A stretch of 63,773 nucleotides of DNA, counting the filler, from Asterionella formosa (lineage: Eukaryota): NCBI GenBank assembly GCA_002256025.1. It is 4 parts of 4 records of this genome, joined end to end, with 100 filler letters (N's around TTAATTAATTAA, not from the genome) between each part and the next. Parts side by side here need not be neighbours in the genome. Positions count along the whole stretch, not along the records: positions 1 to 15,901 come from NKIB01005218.1; 3 more parts are not named here. One strand, 5' to 3'. The notes below the pieces were generated by a model. It made no database searches and was not told the DNA's origin. It worked only from the letters and a program-made list of their open reading frames with translations. The position numbers and the translations under genes are program-made. Positions within the stretch are counted from its first letter, which is position 1, and every line of letters begins with the position of its first letter. This document shows, piece after piece, positions 1 to 11,669 of the stretch.

Positions 1-481
1 TACTAGTGCCTACGAGGACAAAAAGAATTATAGCACGTTACTTTGTCTATGACAAGAAAATTATTGGGTGTTTGGTTCCACCTCGAGAAAAATGTACAGG
101 GGGGTCCAGCAACCATAGGGGGGGTCCAGGACAATGAAGTATACGGTATGTGTACTTCTGGCACTTTTCGAACCATTCGACACAATAAGAAATGTATTTT
201 CCAATAGGTGACCAAGTCATATGGGACAATCCATCATCCATTTTTATCATTGGAGGTTATATAATTTAAAGTCTTACATATCATTTGAAATTTGTTTTAC
301 TTTGGAATTAGCTAATCATGTTTTGTTGTTCTTCCTGTCTCCTACCATAATATGAAATCATACTGTCTTCATGCAATGGCACAACATAAAATATAAAAGA
401 AGTGACACAGAGCAGTACCTCTGCAATCACTAAAGAAGCATCAGTCAACCCATCCATCAACCTTGCGCATTTTTCATGGAA

Positions 482-2579
482 TCATGCATATTTTTTGGTG
501 GAATCATACAATGCTCCCCCATCAACACAAGCATTATACTTTTTGTATGGCACACACACTTTGACTTCTCCATCACATGTACCACCTTTTCCATCATTAG
601 CAGTGAACTTAATATGATAGACTCGGCCATTATTACTCTTGTTGGCACCTTTTTGAAAGGCTCGGACTTGAGCCCCACCAGTAGCAGTTATAGTAGCATC
701 AGCTGCATTCACTTTGTACCTAGGTTCATCCTGATAGATACTTTTGACTTTGATTGCAACATTATCTCCATCAGAATCAGTCACTCCTTTGACAGCAACA
801 CTGACAAACTTGTTGTTTGCAGGGTAGATAGTGCTTGGATTGGCAAGAGCTTTGGAGCAGTCAGGGTTTTGGTTAATAGGGTTGATGGTCAGGTCATAAA
901 GCACTGGGCTGATTCCATTGGATCCCCGCTCAAAAAGCACCTGCACCTGCAGCTTTTGTCCAATCAGTGATAGCTTTTGACCATTTGTCACAGACTGCCA
1001 TGCTGCACTATCATCAAGTCTAACATTTACATTCAAGACTGAGCCAGGTGGTTTATTTTCATTCCATGTGATGCTTCCCCAAGGTGTTGAAGCAACACCA
1101 CTGTCATGAATAACAGTCCATGATCCCGAATTTGGAGCAGCTTTGTTTGTACTTCCAGTCATGTCGCCGTAAGTGTAGGGATTACATCCAGTTCCGAGGT
1201 CCACTGTAAGATCCACTGCTCCCATTCCATTACTTAAAGTAGGATCAATTCGAGAAAGTGTGCTGGAAATATAGTTAGCAGACCACACTTTTCCCCTTGC
1301 ATCTACTGAAACACCTGTAGGACCCACACCACCACTTAAATCGACTGTCCCAACAAAAGAGCCATCATTTTTGATGTGGCCAACAGTTGTGCTGCTAAAA
1401 AGTGAGTGTGCCACCCAAACATCATCATTTTTACCCACAACACAACCCTGTGCATAAGTGTTCCCATGTGCATAGCTACCAAGAAAAACTCCAGTGGAAG
1501 CATACTTGCTGATCAAACTACCAGATAATTTTGTGATCCAAACATTGCCTTGACTATCAATACAAGATCCATAGGTATCACCAAAATTACCAGTCCAGTT
1601 TGTCCCTGAAATTGGTGGCCCAATGTCATCCCCAGAAGGATCTCCATTGGCTCCAGTCAAGTCTAAGCTGGTATCCCATCGCAGAAGGGGATTTGTTGAC
1701 CAAATGACTCCATTTTTATCCATTAGACCACCATAACCACCATAGCCAACAGAAGCATATGACTTGACAATGGTTCCAGAGCCAGCAATGTCATACTTCC
1801 CTCCCTTGATTTTGTCAAAGGCTTGAGGAGAAATTCCACTTACCCAAACGTCATTATTGGCATCAATAGACACATGTCGTGTACCAGCACTACTGACTTT
1901 GGTGTAGTGAACAATGCATTCATCCTTTGCATCAGCAGCAGTCAAGCCTGGCCAACCTCGAATGTCTCCAAGCCCTTGGGATGTATCAATAATTTTGCTA
2001 CTATTCCGGTCATTGCACTGGTTGTTTTCATCCAAACCAATGTGCACAACAGTTCCTGGATAAAGATCTCGATTTGTCAACCAGACACTTCCATCCTTGT
2101 CAACAGTAGTGCGTGATGGGTTGCCATAGATTCCATCTGGGGCTGATTTGTACTCACTCAAGATTTTGCCAGTAATGGTGTCCACTTTGACAATGGTGCC
2201 CCTGCTGGAGCAGGGCACCCAGATGAAGTTGAATGGAGTGGAGTCACTACTCAGCTGAAGCTGATTGGTGACCTTGGCATTGACATTCACAAAGGAGCCA
2301 TCAGCAAAGTCAGCATCCAAAGTGTAAGTTGCTGGGGGCAAACCTGTTTTGAGAATCCTTCCATGGTGCAACTGGAAGCAAAAACTGGTTTAGGAAGGTT
2401 TTGACTGTCAAAATGGATTGATAGAGATGTGATCAGCATCCATGATGACTTACCTGAGGTTGGATCTCAATGTTTCCATGCCCTCTGAGATGTGGCTCAG
2501 GGACATGGGACTTGGGATGAGGGTGGTGCTGTGCAGTGACCACAGCAGCTGTCATAACTAGCATGAATATCAAATGCAT
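482..2579 (-). CDS. Secreted beta-propeller (Vgb/NHL-like) protein with a C-terminal Ig-like 'LWPPNHK'-type domain; resembles prokaryotic surface proteins
   Basis: Exon 1 2579-2454 encodes a signal-peptide-like MHLIFMLVMTAAVVTAQ. A phase-0 intron 2453-2372 (GTAAGT...TTCCAG) joins it to the 629-aa ORF at 2371-482. Repeated blade motifs (VDKDGSVW, IDANNDVW, IDSQGNVW, VDARGKVW) and a C-terminal NQNPDCS..P.TIYPANNK...GRVYHIKFTANDGKGG motif. Confidence 0.75.
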
Positions 2580-3194
2580 TATTTTGCTTTGTTGCTTTTT
2601 TTTGCAAGTTTGTTTTTGTGAGACCATTTTGGTGGAAAGTAAAATATTATGCCCACATCGGTACAAGCACTAATTGATACAAAGATTCAACCTTTCAATA
2701 TTCGCAGCTATAAATTTTATATCCAGACTTGTATTTCAGCATTCATCCCGTGAACATTCACAGAATACAGCGGTAGAATATTTCTCACGGGGTCTGTAAA
2801 AGAATGTGAGGATTGCGAACAGTAGGAGTTGATGTCATAAGTTCAAATGTTACCTGTTCTGGTACTGGTACCAGGCATAACCAGGAAACAGGTAAGTACC
2901 ATAACAGACTGGCACACCCGGATTATTTGACGAGCTCTTTTTACAAACGCGATACTCTCCGTAGACAGAAATGTGCTCAAAGCGAAGCGAACGCTTTAGT
3001 CAATGCGAACATTAACGTCGCTCAATGCGAATGAATGCCTTCCCAACCATTTACTCAGGCGAATGTAGCACTCTGAATTGCGAACGCCAATGTTCCAACG
3101 CAATAACTAATGCGCGACGCGGGGGCTGCGAAGCCCATTCCGCGTTCTCTGATCATAATATCATACAACGCTTCTACATCACACGAAAGTCGAC

Positions 3195-4220
3195 ATGTCG
3201 CCGGTCGAAAACAACAATACTACCCAAGAAGCAATTGTGGAACCAACAAGTTTGGACATCCTCCATGGTCGAGAATATATGTGCGTCAGTCACATTGGGA
3301 ATAGGTGCTTTCGTCTATTGATTAGTTTCATCCTAGAGGAGTACAAGGCCTTGTCGACCCTGACAAACAAGGCAAGGTTTTTCAACTCTATAGTCAAATC
3401 CATTTTTATTTCGGGAGGCAGATTCCTCCGGAGAAATCCAGGCAAGAGAGGGTCGTGGGAAATGAGTGATTTCAAAAAGGCAGAATACAAGGTTTGGCAT
3501 TCGTTTCGACACTTTAACATGAAGCGGCAACCAACACGAATGGAGGAAAGTCTAACGCAGGATATCAAGCACTACTTCGATTCGGCTGAGCATTTCGACT
3601 GGAAAGGCATCGTATATTTCATGATTAATGCCTCAGCGCTAAACCCGAAGAAAGTGATAAATGAACCAACGAGTTTGGACATTCTCCGCGGTAGAGAAGA
3701 TTTCAGTATCCACCATATCGGAAATATATGTTTTCATGAAATGATTAGTAATAGCGTTGAACACTACGTGATTTTGACGACACGATCAGAGAAGAGCAAG
3801 TTTCTCTCGTCCTTAGTACACATGATTAATAATTCAGGAGGTAGATTCCTCCATAAACAGGTACATGATGGTGGAGGATTGTGGGAAGAAGATCACTTCC
3901 AAGAAGCAAAAACGATGGTTGGCCAGGCACTTCGAGATTTCATCAAGAAGACTATGAGACTCAATGGCTCCTTACTTCTTAGTGTGTCAGATGCCTTCTG
4001 TAGATCACATCACTTTGATTGGAAAAGCATGGTCGAAGAAACTCAACTCCTGCAATCAGAAATAAATAATTGTTTCGCAAGGGAAGAAATTGATTTTAAC
4101 TGCTGCTGGGGGAACAACATCTCTTGTATCACTGATTCAACTCTGCGTGAGATATTGTTCAGTGCCGGTGAGATCGATTGTCAACAAGACACCATGGGCG
4201 AAAAAGCAAAATTTCTGTAA
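3195..4220 (+). CDS. Tandem DUF6824 domain protein
   Basis: Two copies of EPTSLDIL.GR....HIGN..F...I....Y........K......V......GGRFL, the signature of the DUF6824 family expanded in diatoms. Single 341-aa ORF. Confidence 0.8.
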   Translation: MSPVENNNTTQEAIVEPTSLDILHGREYMCVSHIGNRCFRLLISFILEEYKALSTLTNKARFFNSIVKSIFISGGRFLRRNPGKRGSWEMSDFKKAEYKVWHSFRHFNMKRQPTRMEESLTQDIKHYFDSAEHFDWKGIVYFMINASALNPKKVINEPTSLDILRGREDFSIHHIGNICFHEMISNSVEHYVILTTRSEKSKFLSSLVHMINNSGGRFLHKQVHDGGGLWEEDHFQEAKTMVGQALRDFIKKTMRLNGSLLLSVSDAFCRSHHFDWKSMVEETQLLQSEINNCFAREEIDFNCCWGNNISCITDSTLREILFSAGEIDCQQDTMGEKAKFL

Positions 4221-5271
4221 TTGGAAATGAAAAATTACCGACGTCCACTGCTGGGAGGATGATGAGGTAGATGGCAGACACAATGTTTTCTCTGGTTCAT
4301 CGTCCAGCTAATGCGCTATTACAGGAATCCTCATCGGAAAGTACTATTTGTTAGAGAAGAGAGGAAGAAGATGATAGACGATTTTGACAGCAATTGTGAT
4401 GTAGAGGCGCTGCATTTTGTCTATCAATACCCACGCTTTCTATGTTGCTATTCAATTTCGACTTGACGACCACGCCTGTTTGCCATCATGACTATTTCAA
4501 AGGTGATATAATCCGGTATGCAATTCATTTCGTCTCTGGTGCAACACGATGATGTTCTCTAACAGTGTATATTTCCATACCTATAGCGGTAATAATAGAA
4601 AGAACTGAAAATTGTTTTTGTGTAGGCGGCTGCACATAGCCATCTAGTAGGAGGTAACCAGAAAAGAAAGCAGAAATGCTGATTCATTTCCAGAGTTATA
4701 GCAAACAGCCGGAAATACCTAAAAGGAGCCGCAAAGGCAGTTAACCTAGGATTCCGCAACACCTCAGGAGTATACCGGTATGTACCTGCGGGTTGGATTA
4801 CCGGTTTGCACCCTTCTTTTTACAACTAATTTACTAAGGAGCACAACAATTTTGACCAGTTTGTTGGGCAATTCTTCCAAATAATTACACTGACAGTTTC
4901 TCTTGCGAAATATAATGCTTCGTCTGCCTTGAGAAATATACTTCATCTTCACGTTCGTGACTGCCTCAGGGACCACAATATCAAGGGTATCTGTGAGGTC
5001 CGATTTACTTCTAGTTTCATGGTGTGCACACGTGCTAAAAAGATTACACTATTCGATAATCGTCGGTTTCGGGTTTCGATATAATGATTGTGACTAATAC
5101 ATTAGTTAGTTTCTGTAAATGTTGGAATAATCTTGCATAGCGAAATGAAAAATGAAGGCTTCCATTTCTTGTGTCCCCCCCNNNNNNNNNAAGTTACTCT
5201 TCACCAAGACGACGCTATTCAGATTTATCGATTTAAAACAAGCCCTTGCCTCGTCAACCTCCTTCGCCTTT

Positions 5272-5796
5272 TTAAAAGGAGTATGCCGAGGGATCAAACC
5301 CAATCCCTGGAACCTTGCCAGCCAAGAGAGCATACAAAGCGCCACATTCTGTACCTTGGTTTCTAAGGCTAGAGAAAATTCCATTGACGTTCATTCCGAA
5401 ACCAACGCCATTGCCCCTGCTTGCGAGACCTTGTTGCTCATGAACACATCGTAATTGACGATTCTCTTCCAGAGCTCTCGCTAAGCGATGAGAGAGAGAC
5501 TTGTTTTCGTCACGAAGGGCCTCCAACTGCTCCGTAAGATCGCAAAGGTTTCCTTGTAACTCCTCAATGAGAAGCTTTTTGCGGAGTCTGGATTGATAGG
5601 CTGAGCGCCGATTTGCTGCTTTTCGTTCTTCACGAACATCGATATCTGTCGTAACCCCATGTTTTCGCTTCTTGGAAGTCGTCTCAGCGCTTACCAGAGA
5701 TTCCTCGTCATCAACAGATTCATGAGATGTTACACGAGACGGAACGGCAGAAGTAGTCTTCAAGACGGTTTGAGGGATGTCAATGTTGTCGGTCAT
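5272..5796 (-). CDS. bZIP transcription factor
   Basis: Basic region RKAANRRSAYQSRLRKK followed by the leucine heptads IEELQGNLCDLTEQLEALRDENKSL. Confidence 0.88.
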   Translation of the reverse strand: MTDNIDIPQTVLKTTSAVPSRVTSHESVDDEESLVSAETTSKKRKHGVTTDIDVREERKAANRRSAYQSRLRKKLLIEELQGNLCDLTEQLEALRDENKSLSHRLARALEENRQLRCVHEQQGLASRGNGVGFGMNVNGIFSSLRNQGTECGALYALLAGKVPGIGFDPSAYSF

Positions 5797-6770
5797 GACT
5801 AGGATGTTGCCAAGTGGATGAGCAGTCTTGTTACTATATTAGGTAGGATGATTGCTATAAGGGCTATTGCCGTCAATACCGTTATTGATTGCTATCGATA
5901 TGAGTGAGGACGACTGGAACGGCAAGCAGTGTGTGTCTTGTTAGTGATGTGGTGCTGATGAGGAAATAATATGAAAGCTTGTGTATGATAATGACAAATG
6001 ATATGTGCACACAGCATAATATCATGTTTTCATCTGAATTCCGGGGTTACATAGAATTATTGCTTACTTTCCGTTAACATCAAAAGTCACTTCTCTCCCA
6101 GGATTGGGGTCATCGCAAAGAACACTCTACGACCACAGTCTTACCCCTACATACGTACACTTAAACAAACGGAGCTTCTGATGACGCAATTTTGCTCCGG
6201 CAGAAAACAAATTGATAATCCGAAGAGATATTAAGACCAATTGTATTAGGTAGCAGATACAGCGAAGTTATTAAAGACCCACCACGAAACAAGAATACCG
6301 GAATACCTCGTTTTTGGACGTACCTAGTTATTGTAGACCAGACATACGGTGGTCCGCTAAGTTCAAAGGTATGTCATACCGAATAAGTATACCGATAGAC
6401 TCCCTTCCCTGACAATGAAATTTTAAATCGGCCACAAATAATTCGGATTGCAGCTGACATTTCCACGTCAGCATGACCCGATCCGCATTCCGTATTCGCA
6501 ATTGGCTGTAACGGACTGCTAAATTTGTAATCATTGCGGTGCAACTGGTCCTCTTTTGTACCTATCGTACTCCCAACCTCTGCGAGAAGAAGTTGTTGCT
6601 TCAATGAATCGGTATCTCATGGTACTACATAGTACCAGGTAAATGGTTCCTGGAATTCCTGGCATTACCAGCTTTGGTTTTCTGGAAAGTTAACCATCCC
6701 GATATCAGCCCAACAGACGTGGTGAATTTGAGCACTGGAACGCGGGGTGGAACACGTTTTAATAATGGAA

Positions 6771-8879
6771 TTCACCAATCAGTAACTTCTAGTCGTAGTC
6801 AGTAAGTTCTATTTGTTGCCAGAAGATTTCTAGTTGTATGTTGTCACCAACTGGATCAGTAATCATAAACAAAAGAGTCATTTTGAAAATTTCAATGAAC
6901 TATTAATTCATATTTGTTTTACATAGAGATTAATTAAAATTTTGCTTTGACCTACAGATTACTGTTTTGTAGTGTGTTGCATACTGTGAAACTGTTAAAT
7001 TCTTGTTGTAACTGTGTCATTTTGAATTGTGCATTGTCTAAACTACGTGAAGTTGTGCCATTGGCGACTTTGATTTTCGTTTTCATTATTAATGTTATTA
7101 AAAATTCATCAATGTAGGAGATACTATCAAATTTATTAGAATTTTTTCAGATCAGATATCGCACTTGCTTGTTTGTGATTCATTTTGCTGGTGGCTGCTG
7201 GGAGTAGGAGCAGAAGAGACGCACATGTGGTCTTGAAACCTCATTTTTTATCTTGGTGAGGTATAACTTTACTTTAACAACTGTCAAATATGGAAGTATA
7301 ATCTTCATTTCATTGAATGCTTTGGTGGTGAGTGGACCATGCATATGGAAGTTTACCAGCACTGCTGTGGGCTTTCAACAATTCCATTTCATTAGCAATT
7401 CCAAGCAAACATCTGTTTATTATCTCTTTAGCGAGATCAGGCTACCACCTAGTGATTTTTCTTTTCTTTGGAATGATGCTCAAATATTGTGAGTGGTAAA
7501 GCATAAAATACATCATACATAGCTACCTGTCAGGGTAATTTTCACTTTTTTGGTATATATTCTACCTCATGCATATACATTCATATCATCTCCTAAATCA
7601 TCTATGTTTATTTACAGAATTATTATGGATAAGACAAAAAATGCGAGAAAGATATAGTTATTGCTTTACACAATATAAGATTAGAACTCCAAACTTGGGA
7701 TAATCTGTGCTTTTGGGGGTTTTCTATCGGCACTTTTGACCTAAATTAATTGAAGATCGAGGGTCAATCGGCTGAGAACTAACAGTATGACTCCATCCTG
7801 TAAATGCTCCTCAAGACACATTCTAGAGCTGAAGAAAAAGAGCAGAATCAGTCTCTGAACACGACTCGTATTTGCTGACTGATGAGCCTAGTCAGCAAAC
7901 CGTTTTCTAGCTTAGGAATACAAAAAGGAATCATCTCTTTCTAAGTTTAGAACTTGCTGACAACAATTAGAGTTTTCTGACAAAGACTAGAACTTATGGA
8001 TACAAATAGATTTGCTTTCTGAATGACCCCCCTTTTGCCTATGAAGTATATGCATGAACAGACACAACCGCTAACCCTTGATAGCCTCGCCAATACTATG
8101 AACATACGTAACGTTATATCCATAAACATGATCACAGTCACTATCACACCTGATGCAACAGCCTACCGGGCTACCAGGTACCTTGTACCGCTATATTTGC
8201 AATACCATTCATAGATATCATATATATATTGTACTATAGCTACGTAGAATAGATGCTCAGGGTACCCGAGGTAGCCCTTGTAGACGCTAGTATATAATGA
8301 ATTAGCTTAGATGTTGGGATTTGTTTCTATACTATATAAAACGCTACAGTGTAGTTCTTGTGAGCAGCTGGAGAATCCTGTATCATGCCGTCTTTACCTG
8401 CTTGACCATGATGAAAATAGCGAATTTCTCCACGAAAAATGAGAATGATGATTTGCTACTGGGTACGTATATCTAACACGACATAAAACAATCGTAAAAA
8501 AATTATATTAATAACACTAATATTGACAACGAAAATTCAAGTCGCCGATGGCGCATTTCTTCACGTAGTTTATACAATGAACAATTCAAAACAACACAGT
8601 TACGACAAGATTCAACAGTTTCACAATATGCAACACGTTACACTATGGCAATCTGCTGTACTAGGTCGAAGCAAATTTTGTTTGAGTCTCTATTTAACAA
8701 TATCCATTAATAGTTCATTGACATTTTCAAAATGGCTCTTTTGATTTTGATTACTGATCCAGTTGGTGACAAAATACAACTAGAAATCTGCTGACAATGA
8801 CTAGAAATTGCAGACTATGAATAGAATTGCTGACATCAATAGTATTGCTGACAATGACTAGAAATTACTGATTGGTGAA
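6771..8879. mobile_element. Non-autonomous element bounded by ~340-370 bp imperfect inverted repeats (foldback/MULE-like)
   Basis: 6771-~7105 (ttcaccaatcagt...ttgtcaccaactggatcagtaatca...aaactacgtgaag) is the reverse complement of ~8507-8879 (cttcacgtagttt...tgattactgatccagttggtgacaa...actgattggtgaa). No credible ORF inside. No clear TSD. Confidence 0.65.
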
Positions 8880-9679
8880 CACAATTTTGATGATCAGAAC
8901 ATGACTTGGATTCAATGAATAATAATTTAACACTATAGAAAAGTACTTCATAGAGTTTGGAATAAAAAGCTAGCCTATCTTGTGTGGTACTAGGCATGGG
9001 ACAAGTCATTGGGATTGAGTCAAAACTGAATAAGGGTGCAAAAAATGTGTGCTCCTGGGCCTTCCTGGTAACAAGCAAGAAGGGTATTTACTAGAATGAT
9101 GTATCCAATGTGGACTGGTTAACCAATCAGATGAATTCCCATTTTCAGGCATTCCTTGTTTTGATCATGCCCATACAAGGTGTACCTTCATTTGGAAACA
9201 ATACAAGATATACCTCAAATGGGAACAGATCAGTTGATACCTTGTTGTTGAATTGGACTGTCTATGAGGTAAGCTCTTGAATTGGACCCAATAAATCCTT
9301 TGCTTTAAACAATTGCAGATGTTTCCTTTCTAGTCACTTGACAGTTTACTGATCTTTCAATCACATCAAAAAGGATTACTGAGACAGAGATTGCCTTGTA
9401 TAATGGGAAAGGTAAATACCCTCTTGTTTTGGAAAATTACATCTCGTGCATGTATTGAAAAAAAATCAAATGATGGAAACCTTATTTTGGAATTCATTGA
9501 TATATCGGTAATGGCAGGTCGAAAACCGGTCGAAAACGTGCAGAAATGAATTTTCCAATGTTAAGGTAAATTTTCGTCGTTTCCACTGTGTTGTCATTCC
9601 GTAACACTCCAAAAAGCAAAATTATTTACGCATGACTGATGACGGTTCTAATTGACTATACTCCTTCCCGCCGACAATC

Positions 9680-10666
9680 ATGGCTGCGTTTTCCTTTACA
9701 GCCCCCGCATTCACTGAGCAAGATTCTGTCAGAGAACGAGAGACGTTGACAGCACCTGAGATGCAACAATTTGAAGATGAGTGCTTTGGACGAGTCGCGG
9801 TTATAACAGAAACGCCTGAACTCGTCGCGAATGCCTTGAGAGACATGGATTTATATCTGGCAAGTATTAATGACAAGCCTGAGTACGAAGAAGTACTACG
9901 AATAGCCCCTCATTTGGTGGAGCAGGAAAGCCCACCCATTCGCTTTTTGAGATGTGAATGCTTCAACCCTGGAAAAGCTGCCAGGAGACTTGTCAAATAT
10001 TGGGAGGTGCGTAAGGCGCTGTTTGAAGACCTGGCATTTCTTCCTATGCGTCTCGACGGAGCCCTCCAGAATGATATCGAAACAATGAAAATTGTTCCAG
10101 ACCTTCACTTTGTTACGGGGAAGGACGCACATGGCCGGCTTGTTCTCTCAGCCAACAAGGTTCATCTAGATTTCAATCGGTTCGATCGCCAGACTGTGAA
10201 CCGAGTCGCTTGGTATCACATTCATATTCATCTTGGAGATCCCGATGTACAGCGAAAAGGACTTATTATAATTGGTTTTTATAGAATCAACTCGCCGAAA
10301 CAGTTTGATCGGATACAAACAAAAATGGCTTTGGTTTCAATCAGGGAAGCCCTTCCTATCAAGTTGAAATGTGCACACATTTGTCACCCACCATTGTTTT
10401 TCAACTTTGTGTATCCCATGATCAAATTTATGATGGGTCAAGAGATCCGTTTAATAACAAGAGTTCATACTGGATCTGCAGCCACAGTCGTGTCAGCATT
10501 AGAACAGTATGGAATTAGCCGTAACAACATATTGAAGTGCATGGGAGGGACATTTGAAATCAACATAGACGAATGGTGGAATGAGCGGCTAAATGCAGAA
10601 GGAATATCTCGTCGAGATGAAGCTCCCAATGGAGATGAAGATGTCATGGAAATTGATGATGCCTAG
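9680..10666 (+). CDS. CRAL-TRIO (Sec14-like) lipid-binding domain protein
   Basis: RFLRCECFNPGKAARRLVKYWEVRKALF N-terminal motif, GKDAHGRLV, ALPIKLKCAHICHPP, and C-terminal L..YGI....I...MGGT, typical of diatom CRAL-TRIO proteins. Confidence 0.85.
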   Translation: MAAFSFTAPAFTEQDSVRERETLTAPEMQQFEDECFGRVAVITETPELVANALRDMDLYLASINDKPEYEEVLRIAPHLVEQESPPIRFLRCECFNPGKAARRLVKYWEVRKALFEDLAFLPMRLDGALQNDIETMKIVPDLHFVTGKDAHGRLVLSANKVHLDFNRFDRQTVNRVAWYHIHIHLGDPDVQRKGLIIIGFYRINSPKQFDRIQTKMALVSIREALPIKLKCAHICHPPLFFNFVYPMIKFMMGQEIRLITRVHTGSAATVVSALEQYGISRNNILKCMGGTFEINIDEWWNERLNAEGISRRDEAPNGDEDVMEIDDA

Positions 10667-11669
10667 GATGGGATAATTCAAATTTTTTACGTTTGTATTA
10701 TACATTTTTGGAATCACAACAGTTCACAGAGATAAAGTACCTGATCCATGATATCAGGATGATACTTTCTTACACTCTCTGCTTTGAAATACTTGCAACA
10801 TGCTCAGCAAGTAAACTATTCCAAATGTTGCACCTTTTGTGAAACCTACGGTTGAAGCCAAATATTATGTGAGATGAGATGATGCACGTGAAGGGTCCAT
10901 TGATTAGATTTTTAGTTTTAGGTGAATACCAATATATGTGGAGCATAACCGTCAAGTCAATGCCCAAGAAATTTAACATAAAATTTGGCATACAAACAAT
11001 CTACCAATATGCAAGTCATAATAGAAACTTTGATGGTAATAGCCTCCTATGTGGCCTTCTTTATGTTTGTTCCTTCTTGAGTTTAATTTAGAAAATGATA
11101 ATTTCTGGGATGACACAGCATGTCGCGACCACTCTTCCATCTCTCTAGTAAATCACTAGAAGCCACTTGGAATAATTTGAGCTGGATGTTGTGGTAGTGC
11201 CTATATATGAATCAATAGAAAGGAAGTCGAATGGTAGGTGGTGATTGTTATAATTACAAGTGCGCTTTCAACACGTTCAACATTGACAACGATTACTTTC
11301 AAGCTGAGAATATTTTGGAGCATGTCAAACCATAACGAGATGATAGAAAACTGGATGCCATGCATGTATAGTGCTTATTAAAGTGTAACTTCATGCATGA
11401 GCAAAGGTGAAAGTAGCCAAACAAAAACTCTCGGGTTATAAATAACAAAGGAATATAGGTGTACTATGAACTGAGAATGTCAACCTCTCGAGAATACTAC
11501 TAGACAACCAATTTCTAGTTTGGCTCTCCTTACATCCTGCATGCAAAAGATATTTTAACTTTCTGTTGGCACACAATCCCTGAATCTAATTCGCACTTTG
11601 TAAATGTGTATGTGATTATGTGTTCATAATCCATTATGGAAGCGATGTTATAATAACTGATAAACTACC

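Noticed and set aside
6182..6470. TGACGC/TGACGT bZIP-type sites upstream of the bZIP gene (possible autoregulation)
   Set aside because: Hexamers of this kind are expected by chance, and there is no conservation evidence.
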